In this document: positions 27,901 through 37,977 of the stretch, one piece after another | Layout: the number at the start of each line of letters is the position of its first letter | Position numbering within the stretch: position 1 is the first letter of the stretch | Source of the DNA: Candidatus Micrarchaeia archaeon | GTDB lineage: Archaea; Micrarchaeota; Micrarchaeia; Burarchaeales; JACRGF01 | Direction: 5' to 3' | Assembly (NCBI GenBank): GCA_038870455.1 | Contig: JAWCPB010000001.1 | Coordinates: forward strand, 3,734-67,733 | DNA length: 64,000 bases | Position numbers and translations under genes: made by a program | The notes under the pieces: generated by a model | The model's input: the letters and a program-made list of their open reading frames with translations, nothing else | What the model was told of the DNA's origin: nothing | Databases searched by the model: none

Positions 27901-29588
27901 TCACACCAACTTGGTCATCCCAGCCAGCTGCGTCTCTCCACCGAGCGAGCCTGACAACGAGCGGAAGAATGTTATGACGATTATGATGTCGACTACGGTC
28001 AGCACAGTCACCACAAGCAGCTTTCTCACCACAATGGGCAGCGCCCACTCGTCTGGAACCAACCAGGTAAAGGTCGGATTATCGGTGAGGCCGGCGTTGG
28101 GGCACAGGGCCGGCACGCTGCCTTTGCACGATGAACATGGCTGCTGTGCCGTGTTGGCATCGCACGTGATGTAGTCATACGCAGCGTACACATAATACGT
28201 GGGCCAAAGGCTCTGGAAAGAGCCAGAGCCCACCGCCCCAAGTAGGCTAACCAGTGGCGAGCCCGCCACCACCCCAACGCCCGTGATGCCGGCGAAAAGC
28301 AGCTGCCCGCCCACCGATTTCCACACCTCTCCCGCCCGCTCGTACTCCCGCCTCAGCCAGCACATGACCTGATACCATTTGCACGCGGGCTTCACCGTGA
28401 CATTGAGGCTGGCCTCGGCCATGTCCTGGCAATAACCACGCGGGTCACACCCGCCGTAAGACGTGCCATCGGGCCTAACCACTACAGGGCATCCTTCGCT
28501 GCAGGGCGTGGCGTTTATCGTTGTCACCACAACCCCGTACTCAAAAAGACCCTCGCCCGGATTGCTCACGGGAAAGTTAACGGGCACGCCAGCGGCATAA
28601 GCCCCTTCACCGAGCCATACGAAATCCGTAGACGCGCCCTCCTTCCACTCTCTGTACCACACATCATAAGTGCCATTGGGCGCCTGGATGAGAAAAGTGA
28701 GGTTGAAATAGCCGGTCCCGCCGACAGTGCTGAGGGGCGAGAAAAAGGCAATCTTACCAATGCGTCCGAGGTCGCTTTCGACAATCCTCCACTCCGGCGG
28801 GATGTCGCCAGCCGCGCTGTACTGCGCCACAACATCTCTGTCATACTCATAGATGCCCTTATTGAGGGCGAGCGTGAGCGGAAACACGACATACCCCGAT
28901 ATGGCGAGCGCGATGATGGTCGAGCCAAGCTTTCGCGTCAGACTGAACGTCCTGAGTATCAGGCCGAATGGCAGGAAAAACGTGAAGAACTGCTCGTATA
29001 TAAACTCCAGCAGCGCTTGCTGGGCCATGAGATTGACGATGGTGAGCGCGGCGGCGTCGGCGATTTTTACAATCATCCCGTTCACCATCGTCAGCCCCAC
29101 CAGCGGGCTGATGCCCACGTTGGGCATCGTTGTGCCGATGGGAATCCCAAAAAGCTGCGGATAGAGCACGGTGCCCATTGTACCGAGCGTGCCTATGCCG
29201 GCATCGAGCGTCAGCAGGCGGGTATAAACGCGCGTCAGGTCGTTCAGCGTCTCGCTCAGATAAGCATAGCCGAGGCCGATGTGGCTGTAGCCACCCGTCA
29301 TGTCTGACACAATTGTGTTAAGCACGGTCAGCGAGGAGAAGACAAGGCCCACCATGAGCGCGCTCACCGCCGCTTCGGCGAGCTCGTTCTTTGCCCATGC
29401 CTGCAGCTCGGGCGAGCGAAGCAGCTCGGACAGCATGTACGCAATTGCCACGAACAGGAACGAGATGGCAACTGCCGTGAGGGCGATCGAAAACCAAAAC
29501 GCCTCGCCTCCCCACGTTGTCTGTATCGACGTTGTCACATTGAGCAGGAACTGCTCGGGCGGCGCGGTCGGGGAAGGCAGGGTCATCT
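27901..29588 (-). CDS. paralogous polytopic membrane protein P6 (largest; extra Cys-containing extracytoplasmic domain)
   Basis: The start was reset to the ATG at 29586 (MTLPSPTAPP...). The ORF-track N-terminal 207 aa overlap leuS on the other strand and follow the TATA box. WAKNELAE. FLPFGLILRTFSLTRKLGSTIIALAISGYVVFP. C-terminal LGGETQLAGMTKLV. Confidence 0.7.
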
Positions 29589-29613
29589 CTATCGAGGTTT
29601 TTACTTCTCCACG

Positions 29614-29624
29614 CTTTAAATAGG
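29614..29624. promoter_or_regulatory. bidirectional TATA-box promoter (membrane-paralog operon / leuS)
   Basis: CTTTAAATAGG lies ~29 nt upstream of the P6 ATG (29586, minus strand) and 22-29 nt upstream of the leuS GTG (29644, plus strand). Confidence 0.55.
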
Positions 29625-29643
29625 TTATCTGTGAAAAAACCGC

Positions 29644-32430
29644 GTGGGGCAATCCATCGAGGAAAAATGGCAGAAAAGATGGGCCGAGGCCAGGCTGTTC
29701 GAGGCCGAGCCGCAGCCAGGCAGGAAAAAGTTTTACCTCACCGCGGCGTATCCCTACCCCAATTCTCCGCAGCACATCGGCCACGCCCGGACATACACGA
29801 CTACCGACGTTTATGCGCGGTTCAAGCGCGCCCAAGGATACAACGTGCTTTTTCCCATGGGCTTTCACGTCACGGGCACGCCCATCCTCGCAATGGCAAA
29901 GAGGCTCGCGGCCAGGGAAGAGGAGCTGCTGAGCCTTTTCGAAAAGGTTTTCGGCATCCCGAAAGAAATCTCGCTTTCCCTCGCCGAGCCCACCGCGCTC
30001 GTGGCCTTCTTCTCGCGCGAAATCGAGCAGGGCATGCGCGAGATGGGCTTTTCGATTGACTGGCGCAGGAAGTTCTACACCTATGACCCCGACTACAATG
30101 CATTCATTCAGTGGCAGTTCCGCAAGCTGAAGGAAAGAGGCTTCATCACCAAAGGCGCGCACCCCGTTCCCTGGTGCCCGCGCGACAACCAGGCCGTGGG
30201 AAGCCACGACACAAGGGGAGACATAGACCCTGAGCTCGGCGAATTCACGCTCATAAAGTTCGCCTTCGGCGACGCCTTCCTTCCCGCCGCCACCCTGCGC
30301 CCCGAGACGATTTACGGCGTGACCAGCATGTGGATAAATTCCGATGCCGACTATGTCAGGGCGCGCGTGGATGACGAGAACTGGATTGTCTCAAAGGAAG
30401 GGGCGGAGAAGCTGGCCGCCCAGGGAAGAAAAGTGGAGGTGCTCGCGCAGCTCAAGGGCTCCGATGTTAAAGGCGAGTGCATTAATCCCATCAACAGCCA
30501 GCCCGTGCCGATTTTCCCAGCTTCATTCGTCGATCCCTCGAACGCCACGGGCGTTGTCATGAGCGTGCCAGCCCACGCTCCATACGACTACTTAGCCCTC
30601 CGCGATTACCTCCGCACGGCTGGCCAGCTCTCCCGGCTCGAGGCCATGCTCGTTCCCGTGCTGAAGATAGAGGGCTATGGCAGCGCGCCGGCAAAGGAAA
30701 TCAGCGAGGCCATGGGCATAGCGAGCCAGAATGACCCCAAAGCCGAGGAGGCGACGAGGGAAATCTACAGGAAGGAGGCGCACACGGGGGTGATGGTCGC
30801 CGGAAAATACGCCGGCGAGCGCGTGCTCACCGCGAAGGAAAAAATAAAGGCCGACCTGCTGGGCGAGGGAAAGGCCTCGCTCCTTCACGAGATCATCAAC
30901 GGCCCCGTGTATTGCAGGTGCGGCGCCCGTTGCATCGTAAAGAGCATCAAAGATCAGTGGTTCATTGACTACGGCAATGCCGCCTGGAAACGCGCCGCGC
31001 TGGAGTGCCTGCAGGGCATGCGTGTCATCCCACAGAAAACCATTCCGGAGTACGAATACACCATCGGCTGGCTTAAGGAGAAAGCCTGCACGAGAGCCCA
31101 GGGACTGGGCACCCGCTTTCCATTCGACGAGCGCCAGATGATTGAGGCGCTCAGCGACTCGACCATCTACATGGCATACTACACGGTGGTTCACATACTG
31201 CGCCGGGAGGAAATCCCCTTGTCCGAAGCCGCGTTCGACTACATCTTCCTAGGGAGGGGGAAGGGCTCTCCCGCGCTGGACGCCGCCAGGCGGGAGTTCC
31301 TCTACTGGTATCCCCTCGACTCGCGGCATTCGGCCACCGACCTCGTGCACAACCACCTGACGTTCTTCATTTTCAATCACACCGCGGTTTTCCCGCGCGA
31401 GCTATGGCCCAGGCAGATCGTCACAAACGGCTTTGTGCTCATGGAGGGAAGCAAGATGAGCAAGAGCCTTGGCAACATCCTTCCCCTGCGCCTTGCCATA
31501 AGAAAGTACGGCGCGGACGTCGTGCGCTTCAGCGTGGTCTCGGGCGCCGACCTGGCGCAGGATGCCGACTTCAACGAAACCCTTGCCGAGGCGATTTCCA
31601 CTCGCCTCAAGTACTTCGCTTCGCTGGCCGAAATCGCTGCCACCGCGAGTTCCCGCGAGCTCAACCACCTAGACCGATGGATGCTCTCCAGGCTCCACCG
31701 GAAAATACGCGACTACGAGAAGAACATGGAGGAACTGCGCTTCCGCGAGGTGGCCCAGGATGTCTTCTACAACCTGGCCAACGAGCTGCGCTGGTACGCC
31801 CGGCGCACCGGAAAGGCCAATGGCCGCGTGCTGCGCGAAGTGCTCGAGAACTGGATTCTCCTCATCGCTCCATTCATGCCCCACTTTGCCGAGGAGGCAT
31901 GGGAGCGGCTTGGGAAAAAACAGTTTGTCAAGGAAGCGGCGTTCGTCTCGGCAGCCTCCCTGCCCGAGCCCGACGAAACAAAAATAAGCCCGCTGGACGA
32001 GCTGGGCGAGGAAATAGTCATCAGCACGCGCGGGGACATCGAAAACATTCAGAAAATCACTGGGAAGAAGGCAAAGCGCATTTTCCTGTATGTCGCAGCC
32101 GACTGGAAACGCGCCCTCTATCGTCTGTTGTTTGAAGAAAAGAAGTTCGAGCCCGCCATTAAGCGGGCAATGGCCGACGCGGTCTTAAGGCAACACGCGA
32201 AAGACGCGTCCAGGGTGCTGGCGGCCCTTGCGAAAAACATCGGCGGGCTCTCGCCCGTCTGCCCGAGCCAGGCCGAGGAGGAGGCTGTGCTGCGCGAGGC
32301 CATTCCCTTTCTCTCCGGAGAGTTCGGCGGAGCCGAAGTGGCTGTCGCGAGGGAAGAGGACGCGCCCGCCCCGCACGCGGCAAAAGCCGAGGGGACTATG
32401 CCTTTAAAACCGAGCATATTCATTGAATAA
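29644..32430 (+). CDS. leuS: leucyl-tRNA synthetase, archaeal type
   Basis: 928 aa. HIGH (PQHIGHARTYT) and KMSKS (GSKMSKSLGN) motifs with a CP1 editing insert. GTG start. Confidence 0.95.
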   Translation: MGQSIEEKWQKRWAEARLFEAEPQPGRKKFYLTAAYPYPNSPQHIGHARTYTTTDVYARFKRAQGYNVLFPMGFHVTGTPILAMAKRLAAREEELLSLFEKVFGIPKEISLSLAEPTALVAFFSREIEQGMREMGFSIDWRRKFYTYDPDYNAFIQWQFRKLKERGFITKGAHPVPWCPRDNQAVGSHDTRGDIDPELGEFTLIKFAFGDAFLPAATLRPETIYGVTSMWINSDADYVRARVDDENWIVSKEGAEKLAAQGRKVEVLAQLKGSDVKGECINPINSQPVPIFPASFVDPSNATGVVMSVPAHAPYDYLALRDYLRTAGQLSRLEAMLVPVLKIEGYGSAPAKEISEAMGIASQNDPKAEEATREIYRKEAHTGVMVAGKYAGERVLTAKEKIKADLLGEGKASLLHEIINGPVYCRCGARCIVKSIKDQWFIDYGNAAWKRAALECLQGMRVIPQKTIPEYEYTIGWLKEKACTRAQGLGTRFPFDERQMIEALSDSTIYMAYYTVVHILRREEIPLSEAAFDYIFLGRGKGSPALDAARREFLYWYPLDSRHSATDLVHNHLTFFIFNHTAVFPRELWPRQIVTNGFVLMEGSKMSKSLGNILPLRLAIRKYGADVVRFSVVSGADLAQDADFNETLAEAISTRLKYFASLAEIAATASSRELNHLDRWMLSRLHRKIRDYEKNMEELRFREVAQDVFYNLANELRWYARRTGKANGRVLREVLENWILLIAPFMPHFAEEAWERLGKKQFVKEAAFVSAASLPEPDETKISPLDELGEEIVISTRGDIENIQKITGKKAKRIFLYVAADWKRALYRLLFEEKKFEPAIKRAMADAVLRQHAKDASRVLAALAKNIGGLSPVCPSQAEEEAVLREAIPFLSGEFGGAEVAVAREEDAPAPHAAKAEGTMPLKPSIFIE

Positions 32431-32440
32431 GCTGGTCAGT

Positions 32441-32968
32441 ATGGTTCTTGAGTCAAAGGAAAGCAGGGCGGGCGCGCTGAGCGCGCTGGGCGCGGTCGTT
32501 CTCGCCTACGCGTTTTACTCTCTGTACCTCGCCGCGCAGGTTCCCGCCTCTTCCTTTCCGAGCATCACCGCGCGCTCGGCCGCGCTCATCGGCAGCGCGG
32601 CGCTGCCAGCCGGCGTCGGCTTCGCGCTCCTGTTTCTCGGAGTCACGATGCTGTTCGCCACCGCGCGCTCGGCCGCTTTCTTCGTGCTCGCGGCCCTCGC
32701 GTGGCTCTACGCCGCCTACAGCCTGCACAGCCTCGGCTCGGTCGCCGCCACGACCGACATCCCGTCCTATGCGACGCACGTCGGGATTCCCGTGGTGGCG
32801 TTCGCTTTCCTGGCCGCCGCGGGCATGTTCGTGGCCGATCGCGAAAGGTCAGCCCGGCTGAAGAGCCTCGAGGAGGAGGTCGCTTCGCTCCGCGCAGCGC
32901 TGGAGGAGGAAAAGGCGAAGCGCGCAGAAGCTGAGAAAAAGGCGAGCCCGTTTCTCATAAAAGAATAG
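32441..32968 (+). CDS. membrane protein with C-terminal coiled coil, hypothetical
   Basis: Four hydrophobic helices followed by LKSLEEEVASLRAALEEEKAKRAEAEKK. ATG at 32441. The ORF-track TTG at 32423 overlaps the leuS stop. Confidence 0.5.
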   Translation: MVLESKESRAGALSALGAVVLAYAFYSLYLAAQVPASSFPSITARSAALIGSAALPAGVGFALLFLGVTMLFATARSAAFFVLAALAWLYAAYSLHSLGSVAATTDIPSYATHVGIPVVAFAFLAAAGMFVADRERSARLKSLEEEVASLRAALEEEKAKRAEAEKKASPFLIKE

Positions 32969-33008
32969 TTTATTAATTTCTGCGAAGAATATTTTCGGTG
33001 GTTCTTCT

Positions 33009-33398
33009 ATGAAAATCGTCATCTCCGACCCGAAGGCAGGAAACACTTTTCAGACCGAGCTCGAAAAGAGCAAAGAGGGCGCGCTGGCGGGCTTGAAGAT
33101 AGGCGACGTTTTCGACGGGGCGCTCGTGGGCGCGCCGGGCTACCGCCTGCGCATCACTGGCGGAAGCGACAGGGAGGGCTTTCCCATGCGCGCCGACGTG
33201 TCTGGTCCCAGGCGGGCCAGCGTCCTGCTTTCGGGGCCCCCGGGCTTCCGCCCCTCCAGAAAGGGCGAGCGCGGGAGAAAGAGCGTCAGGGGGAACACCG
33301 TCAGCGACGCCATCGCCCAGCTGAACACCGTGGTCGCCGAGGCCGGCGCCAAGCCGCTCGCCGAGCTTTTCCCGTCCAAGCCCAAGGAGAAGAAGTAG
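33009..33398 (+). CDS. rps6e: 30S ribosomal protein S6e
   Basis: MKIVISDPKAGNTFQ...GYRLRITGGSDREGFPMR matches eS6. Confidence 0.9.
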   Translation: MKIVISDPKAGNTFQTELEKSKEGALAGLKIGDVFDGALVGAPGYRLRITGGSDREGFPMRADVSGPRRASVLLSGPPGFRPSRKGERGRKSVRGNTVSDAIAQLNTVVAEAGAKPLAELFPSKPKEKK

Positions 33399-33818
33399 AT
33401 GAAGCTCATACTCGTTCCCACAGACGGCTCGCCCGCCGCCCGCCGCGCGCTCTCCAAAGCGCTGGAGCTCGCAAGAAAATTCAAGAGCAAAATCATCGCC
33501 GCTAACGTCATCGAGCCGGTGGGCTGGACCGTCGCCACGGCGGACGCGCTCGTGCTCGAGGCCAGGGCGCAGGAGTGGCAGGCCGGCGTGCTCAAGGAAG
33601 CCGAGAGGATGGCGCGCGGCAAGGGCGCGAGGATAAGGACGGCCGCCCTGCGGGGAGTGGTCGCGGACGAGCTCGTCGCCTATGCGAAGAAAACAAAATG
33701 CGACCTCATCGTGATGGGCTCCAGGGGCCTCTCGCGCACGGACAGGTTCCTCCTCGGCAGCGTCAGCGACAGGGTGCTGCACCACGCGCCCTGCAGCGTA
33801 TTGATCGTGAGAAAATAA
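33399..33818 (+). CDS. universal stress protein (UspA family)
   Basis: KLILVPTDGS...DLIVMGSRG...GSVSDRVLHHAPCSVLIV. The start abuts the S6e stop. Confidence 0.88.
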   Translation: MKLILVPTDGSPAARRALSKALELARKFKSKIIAANVIEPVGWTVATADALVLEARAQEWQAGVLKEAERMARGKGARIRTAALRGVVADELVAYAKKTKCDLIVMGSRGLSRTDRFLLGSVSDRVLHHAPCSVLIVRK

Positions 33819-33831
33819 GAGCGGGGAGTTT

Positions 33832-35049
33832 GTGGCACAGGCTGAAGTGAACATAGGAATGCTCGGGCACGTCGATCACGGAAAGACTGCGCTAACCCAC
33901 GCGCTGACCGGCGTCTGGACTGACACGCACAGCGAGGAAATCAAGCGCGGCATCACCATAAAGCTCGGCTATGCCGACGCCGTCTTCCGCAAATGCCCCA
34001 AGTGCGGCGAGCCCCAGGCCTTTACAACAAAGGAAAAGTGCCCAAAATGCGGCTCGGCCACAGACGTTCTCAGGCGCGTTTCCTTCATCGACTCGCCGGG
34101 CCACGAGACGCTCATGACCACAGCCATCGCGGCCTCAAGCGTCATGGACGGGGCGCTTCTCGTCATCGCGGCGAACGAGCCGTGCCCCCAGCCTCAGACG
34201 CTCGAGCACCTCATGGTGCTTGACATCCTCGGCGTGAAGAATGTCATCGTCATCCAGAACAAGATAGACCTTGTGTCGAGAGAAAAAGCGCTTGAGAACT
34301 ACAACCAGATTAAAAAATTCTTGAGCGGCACTGTGGCGGAAAACGCCCCGGTCATTCCGGTCGCGGCAAACTATTTCGCGAATCTGGATCTCGTCATCCA
34401 GGCCATCGAAAAGCACATTCCGACTCCCAAGCGCGACGCGGGCGCGCCCTTCCGCATGTACGTGGCGCGCTCTTTCGACGTTAACAAGCCCGGTACGGAT
34501 ATAGACAAGCTCGTGGGCGGGGTGGTCGGCGGCTCCATCATACAAGGCACGGTGCGCGTGGGAGACGAGATTGAGCTGCGTCCTGGAATTTCAAGGGGCG
34601 CCGAGAAGGAGGGCAGGGAACCCTCGCACGAGCCCATCGTCACGCGCGTGGAGAGCCTGAGCGTTGGAAGCGAGAGACTGGAGGAAGCGCGGCCCGGCGG
34701 CCTCGTGGCCATCGGCACCCGCCTCGACCCGGCCCTCACAAAAGCCGATTCCCTTGTCGGCAACCTCGTGGGCAAGCCCGGCACGCTGCCCGAGCTCGTC
34801 AGTGAGGCGGAGCTTGATTTCGTGCTGCTCAAGCGCGTCGACCTCGAAAACCCGCCGCTGAGGCAGAACGAGCCGCTTGTGCTAAGCGTCGGCACGACAA
34901 CAGCCATCGGCTTCGTGGATAAGATAAAGAAAAACATCCTGTCGCTCAAGCTCAAGCGTCCGATCTGCGCCAAAAAGGGAAGCAAGGTCGCGCTCTCCCG
35001 CCGCCTGGGCCAGCGATGGCACCTCGCCGGCTACGGCACGCTGCGCTAA
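33832..35049 (+). CDS. eif2g: translation initiation factor aIF2 gamma subunit
   Basis: G1 GHVDHGKT, a zinc ribbon (CPKCG...CPKCG), DSPGHE and NKID motifs, and domains II/III. Confidence 0.95.
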   Translation: MAQAEVNIGMLGHVDHGKTALTHALTGVWTDTHSEEIKRGITIKLGYADAVFRKCPKCGEPQAFTTKEKCPKCGSATDVLRRVSFIDSPGHETLMTTAIAASSVMDGALLVIAANEPCPQPQTLEHLMVLDILGVKNVIVIQNKIDLVSREKALENYNQIKKFLSGTVAENAPVIPVAANYFANLDLVIQAIEKHIPTPKRDAGAPFRMYVARSFDVNKPGTDIDKLVGGVVGGSIIQGTVRVGDEIELRPGISRGAEKEGREPSHEPIVTRVESLSVGSERLEEARPGGLVAIGTRLDPALTKADSLVGNLVGKPGTLPELVSEAELDFVLLKRVDLENPPLRQNEPLVLSVGTTTAIGFVDKIKKNILSLKLKRPICAKKGSKVALSRRLGQRWHLAGYGTLR

Positions 35050-35097
35050 CGCTAATCTCCAATTTTGCAAGCCGACGAAGTCATCGTTTGGTTCTGA

Positions 35098-35769
35098 TTA
35101 GCAGATGCTCGTGAAAGTCACGTTCTGCGAATAAGTCCCCGGGGGCGTGCCGGAAGGGGGCCTGAGCTGGAAGTACGCCGTGAAAGAGCCCGAGCCGACG
35201 AGCGAGTAGTACACCGTCGCATCGCTTTCCGCCAGCAGGCTCTTTGAAGCAAACGGTACGCCGCTCTGGTTCGCCCACCGCGTGGCGTTCGCGGGCATGC
35301 TTTTCCCCGCATCGGTCCAGTTCGTTCCCCTAACCAGCACGTCGGCCGCCTGCACCACCAGCCCCGGAACCTCATCGCCGTAGCCCGCGCCGCTCACCAC
35401 GCTTCCCGAAATCCGCAAGCCCGCCCCCTTCTCAACGAAAAAAACGTAGGACCACCCGCTCCAGCTTTCAACGCGGGAATTCTCCACGAGCAGGGATGCG
35501 TTTCCGGCCACGCTCACAGCGAATTCCCCGTCGCGCGATGCATTGACCAGCAGCGTGACGTTCCTCAAAACCAGTTTCCCCGTCACGTTCAGGTTCCCGT
35601 TCAGCACCACCCCGCCGTCCGCGCACGCCTGTTCAGTCGGTACAATCCAATCGCCTTTTTCTGGCGGAGCGCATCCCGACGGCGGAAGCACCGCGGCCGC
35701 GTAAACCTTTCCCCTCGGAGCGGGTTGCAGCAGCCCCGCGCACCCGGCGAGCACGATTGCAAGCGCCAT
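35098..35769 (-). CDS. secreted lipoprotein-like protein with beta-helix-like repeats, hypothetical
   Basis: LAGCAG signal/lipobox. Repeated NxT sequons and GxxxV repeats suggest a right-handed beta-helix. Confidence 0.45.
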   Translation of the reverse strand: MALAIVLAGCAGLLQPAPRGKVYAAAVLPPSGCAPPEKGDWIVPTEQACADGGVVLNGNLNVTGKLVLRNVTLLVNASRDGEFAVSVAGNASLLVENSRVESWSGWSYVFFVEKGAGLRISGSVVSGAGYGDEVPGLVVQAADVLVRGTNWTDAGKSMPANATRWANQSGVPFASKSLLAESDATVYYSLVGSGSFTAYFQLRPPSGTPPGTYSQNVTFTSIC

Positions 35770-35820
35770 CAGTTCCGCGCGTCCATCGCTTTTCTTTAAA
35801 TCCTCACACTATATTTAATT

Positions 35821-37977
35821 GTGCGCAAGAGGTTTGTGGAAGGCGCGAGACGACCCATCTTCTCCAAGTGCGAGGTAGCCGCCGCGCTTTGGAACGTGCT
35901 GCGCAACCGCGGGATAGAGAGGCTCTACAAGCACCAGGCCCAAGGCATTCGCCTCATCCGGCGAGGCAGAAACGTCGTCGTCACGGCTCCCACGGCGAGC
36001 GGCAAGAGCGAGATCTGCCTCATCCCAGTCATGGAAGCCGCCCTCCAGGGCAAGCGCTCGCTCCTCCTGTTTCCCACGAAAGCGCTGTCGCGCGACCAGC
36101 TCGCCCGCCTCAGGGAATTCTCCATTCTCGGCATCCGCTCCGACGTGTATGATGGCGACACGCCGCCGCACCACCGCGAAAAAATCCGCGCCGACTTCCC
36201 CCACATCATCGTCTCGAACATTGACATGCTCCATCACATGCTGATGAACTCGCGTCTCTTCAACCCCTTATGGAAATCGCTCAAGTTTGTTGTCATCGAC
36301 GAAGTCCATTACTACTCTGGCGCGCTGGGCGCGCACGCCGCAAACATTCTCCGGAGGCTCAAGCGCGCGTTGTCTCGCTTCAAAGCAAAGCCGCAGTTCA
36401 TCTGCCTTTCCGCAACAGTCGGCAACGCCAAGCACTTCGCCGAGTCCCTGGCAGGCGAGCCCTTCTCGCTCGTTGACGCGCGTTTTGCCTCCCGCTCTCC
36501 GCTCGAGCACCTCATCATCGTTCCCGAAGAGCGCTCTTACACAACCGAAGCGGTTGGCCTCGCTGAAGAACTCCTCTCTAAACGCCACTGCCGCAAGCTT
36601 CTCCTGTTCGCGAACTCGCACGCTGTTGTGGAGAGGGTTGGGCTCATGGCGAGAGAAAAGGGCCTTTTCCTGAAAGCATATAGGGCCGGCCTCGAGAGGG
36701 AAGCGCGCCGCCGCCTCGAGCAGGAGTTCAAGACAGGCAATCTCAACGCGCTGGCCGCCACTTCCGCTCTCGAATTGGGAATGGACATCGGCGCTGTCGA
36801 TGCGGTCATCCTCGCCGGTTTTCCGGGCAGCATCACGCGCGTGCGCCAGCGCATCGGCAGAGCGGGCAGGAAAGGCCAGAAGGCGGTTGCTGCCTACATC
36901 GCGAGGGCAAACCCGCTTGATGTGTATTACGCCGAGCACCCAAAGGAATACCTGCACGGCGAGCCTGAAAACTGTTTCGTGAATGTCGAGAACGAGCACA
37001 TCCTCAAGCCCCACCTGCTGGCGGCCGCAAGGGACCACCCACTTTCCGAGGAGGAACTCCCCCTTTTCGGCGAGCCTGCTCCCCGCCTCTTCGCCGAACT
37101 CAAGCGCGAGGGCCTACTCAAAGAATGGGCGGGCGGCTGGATTCCGACCAAGGAGGGCCTGCGCCTGCTGCGCGCGCTCTCCATCCGCGGCGCAAGTGAG
37201 GCCATCCGCATTTACGATGTCAGCGCGCAGAAGTTCATCGGTGAAAGGGAAGAAGCGATGGCGCTCGGCGAGCTTTTCCCCGGCGCGATATACCTTCACG
37301 GAGGCGAGAAGTTCGAAAGCGAGCGGCTCGACCTTGATAAAAAGATCGCTTTCGTGCGCCTCATGCGCACCCCGACCACCGAATACACGACGGCCCTGCG
37401 CGAACGCCATGCCGAAATACTCGAGACGCGCAGGCAGCGCCCCGCTCTCGGCTGTAATCTTTTCTTCGGCCGCGTGCACATCACTGACGAAGTGTATGGC
37501 TATGTCGTGCGCGATTTCTTTCGCGAAGACGTCGCCCGCAAGCACCTTCTGCAAACCCCTCTGCGCCACGAGTTTGACACGCTCGCGCTGTGGGTCGATC
37601 TGCCTGAGAAAATTGTTTTCTCCACCGATAACTTTGGCGACGGCCTTCACGGCGTGGAACACGTGGCCATCGCCATGGCTCCCGCGCTGACAGGGGCTGA
37701 CCCCGGCGAGCTCGGAGGCATTTCCTACCCCAGCGGCCGCATGTTCGTTTATGAGGGCTATGAAGGCGGTGTGGGCGCCACGGAAATATTTTTCGACAAG
37801 TTCGAGAAAATCCTTCGCATGGGAGCCGCCCGCCTCTTCTCCTGCCGGTGCAAGAGCGGATGCCCGGCGTGCGTGCTCGACCCTCTGTGCGGCAACAACA
37901 ACCAGCACCTAGACAAGGCGGCGGCTAGAGAGATACTGCACAAAATTTTCGGCGAGAGAGGCCACGGCCAGACTTAA
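35821..37977 (+). CDS. DEXH-box helicase with C-terminal DUF1998 zinc-finger domain (YprA/MrfA-like)
   Basis: Helicase motifs: Walker A (APTASGKSE), DEVH, SAT, and motif VI (QRIGRAGR). C-terminal four-Cys CRCKSGCPACV...C, typical of DUF1998. GTG start, with TATA-like TATATTTAA ~10-20 nt upstream. Confidence 0.8.
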   Translation: MRKRFVEGARRPIFSKCEVAAALWNVLRNRGIERLYKHQAQGIRLIRRGRNVVVTAPTASGKSEICLIPVMEAALQGKRSLLLFPTKALSRDQLARLREFSILGIRSDVYDGDTPPHHREKIRADFPHIIVSNIDMLHHMLMNSRLFNPLWKSLKFVVIDEVHYYSGALGAHAANILRRLKRALSRFKAKPQFICLSATVGNAKHFAESLAGEPFSLVDARFASRSPLEHLIIVPEERSYTTEAVGLAEELLSKRHCRKLLLFANSHAVVERVGLMAREKGLFLKAYRAGLEREARRRLEQEFKTGNLNALAATSALELGMDIGAVDAVILAGFPGSITRVRQRIGRAGRKGQKAVAAYIARANPLDVYYAEHPKEYLHGEPENCFVNVENEHILKPHLLAAARDHPLSEEELPLFGEPAPRLFAELKREGLLKEWAGGWIPTKEGLRLLRALSIRGASEAIRIYDVSAQKFIGEREEAMALGELFPGAIYLHGGEKFESERLDLDKKIAFVRLMRTPTTEYTTALRERHAEILETRRQRPALGCNLFFGRVHITDEVYGYVVRDFFREDVARKHLLQTPLRHEFDTLALWVDLPEKIVFSTDNFGDGLHGVEHVAIAMAPALTGADPGELGGISYPSGRMFVYEGYEGGVGATEIFFDKFEKILRMGAARLFSCRCKSGCPACVLDPLCGNNNQHLDKAAAREILHKIFGERGHGQT

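Noticed and set aside
29589-30207. N-terminal 207-aa extension of membrane paralog P6 in the ORF track
   Set aside because: The extension runs through the TATA box and into leuS on the opposite strand. The downstream ATG at 29586 gives an N-terminus homologous to the other paralogs.
36268-37908. Minus-strand ORFs 36268-37038 and 37114-37908
   Set aside because: They lie fully inside and antisense to the well-supported DEXH helicase gene.
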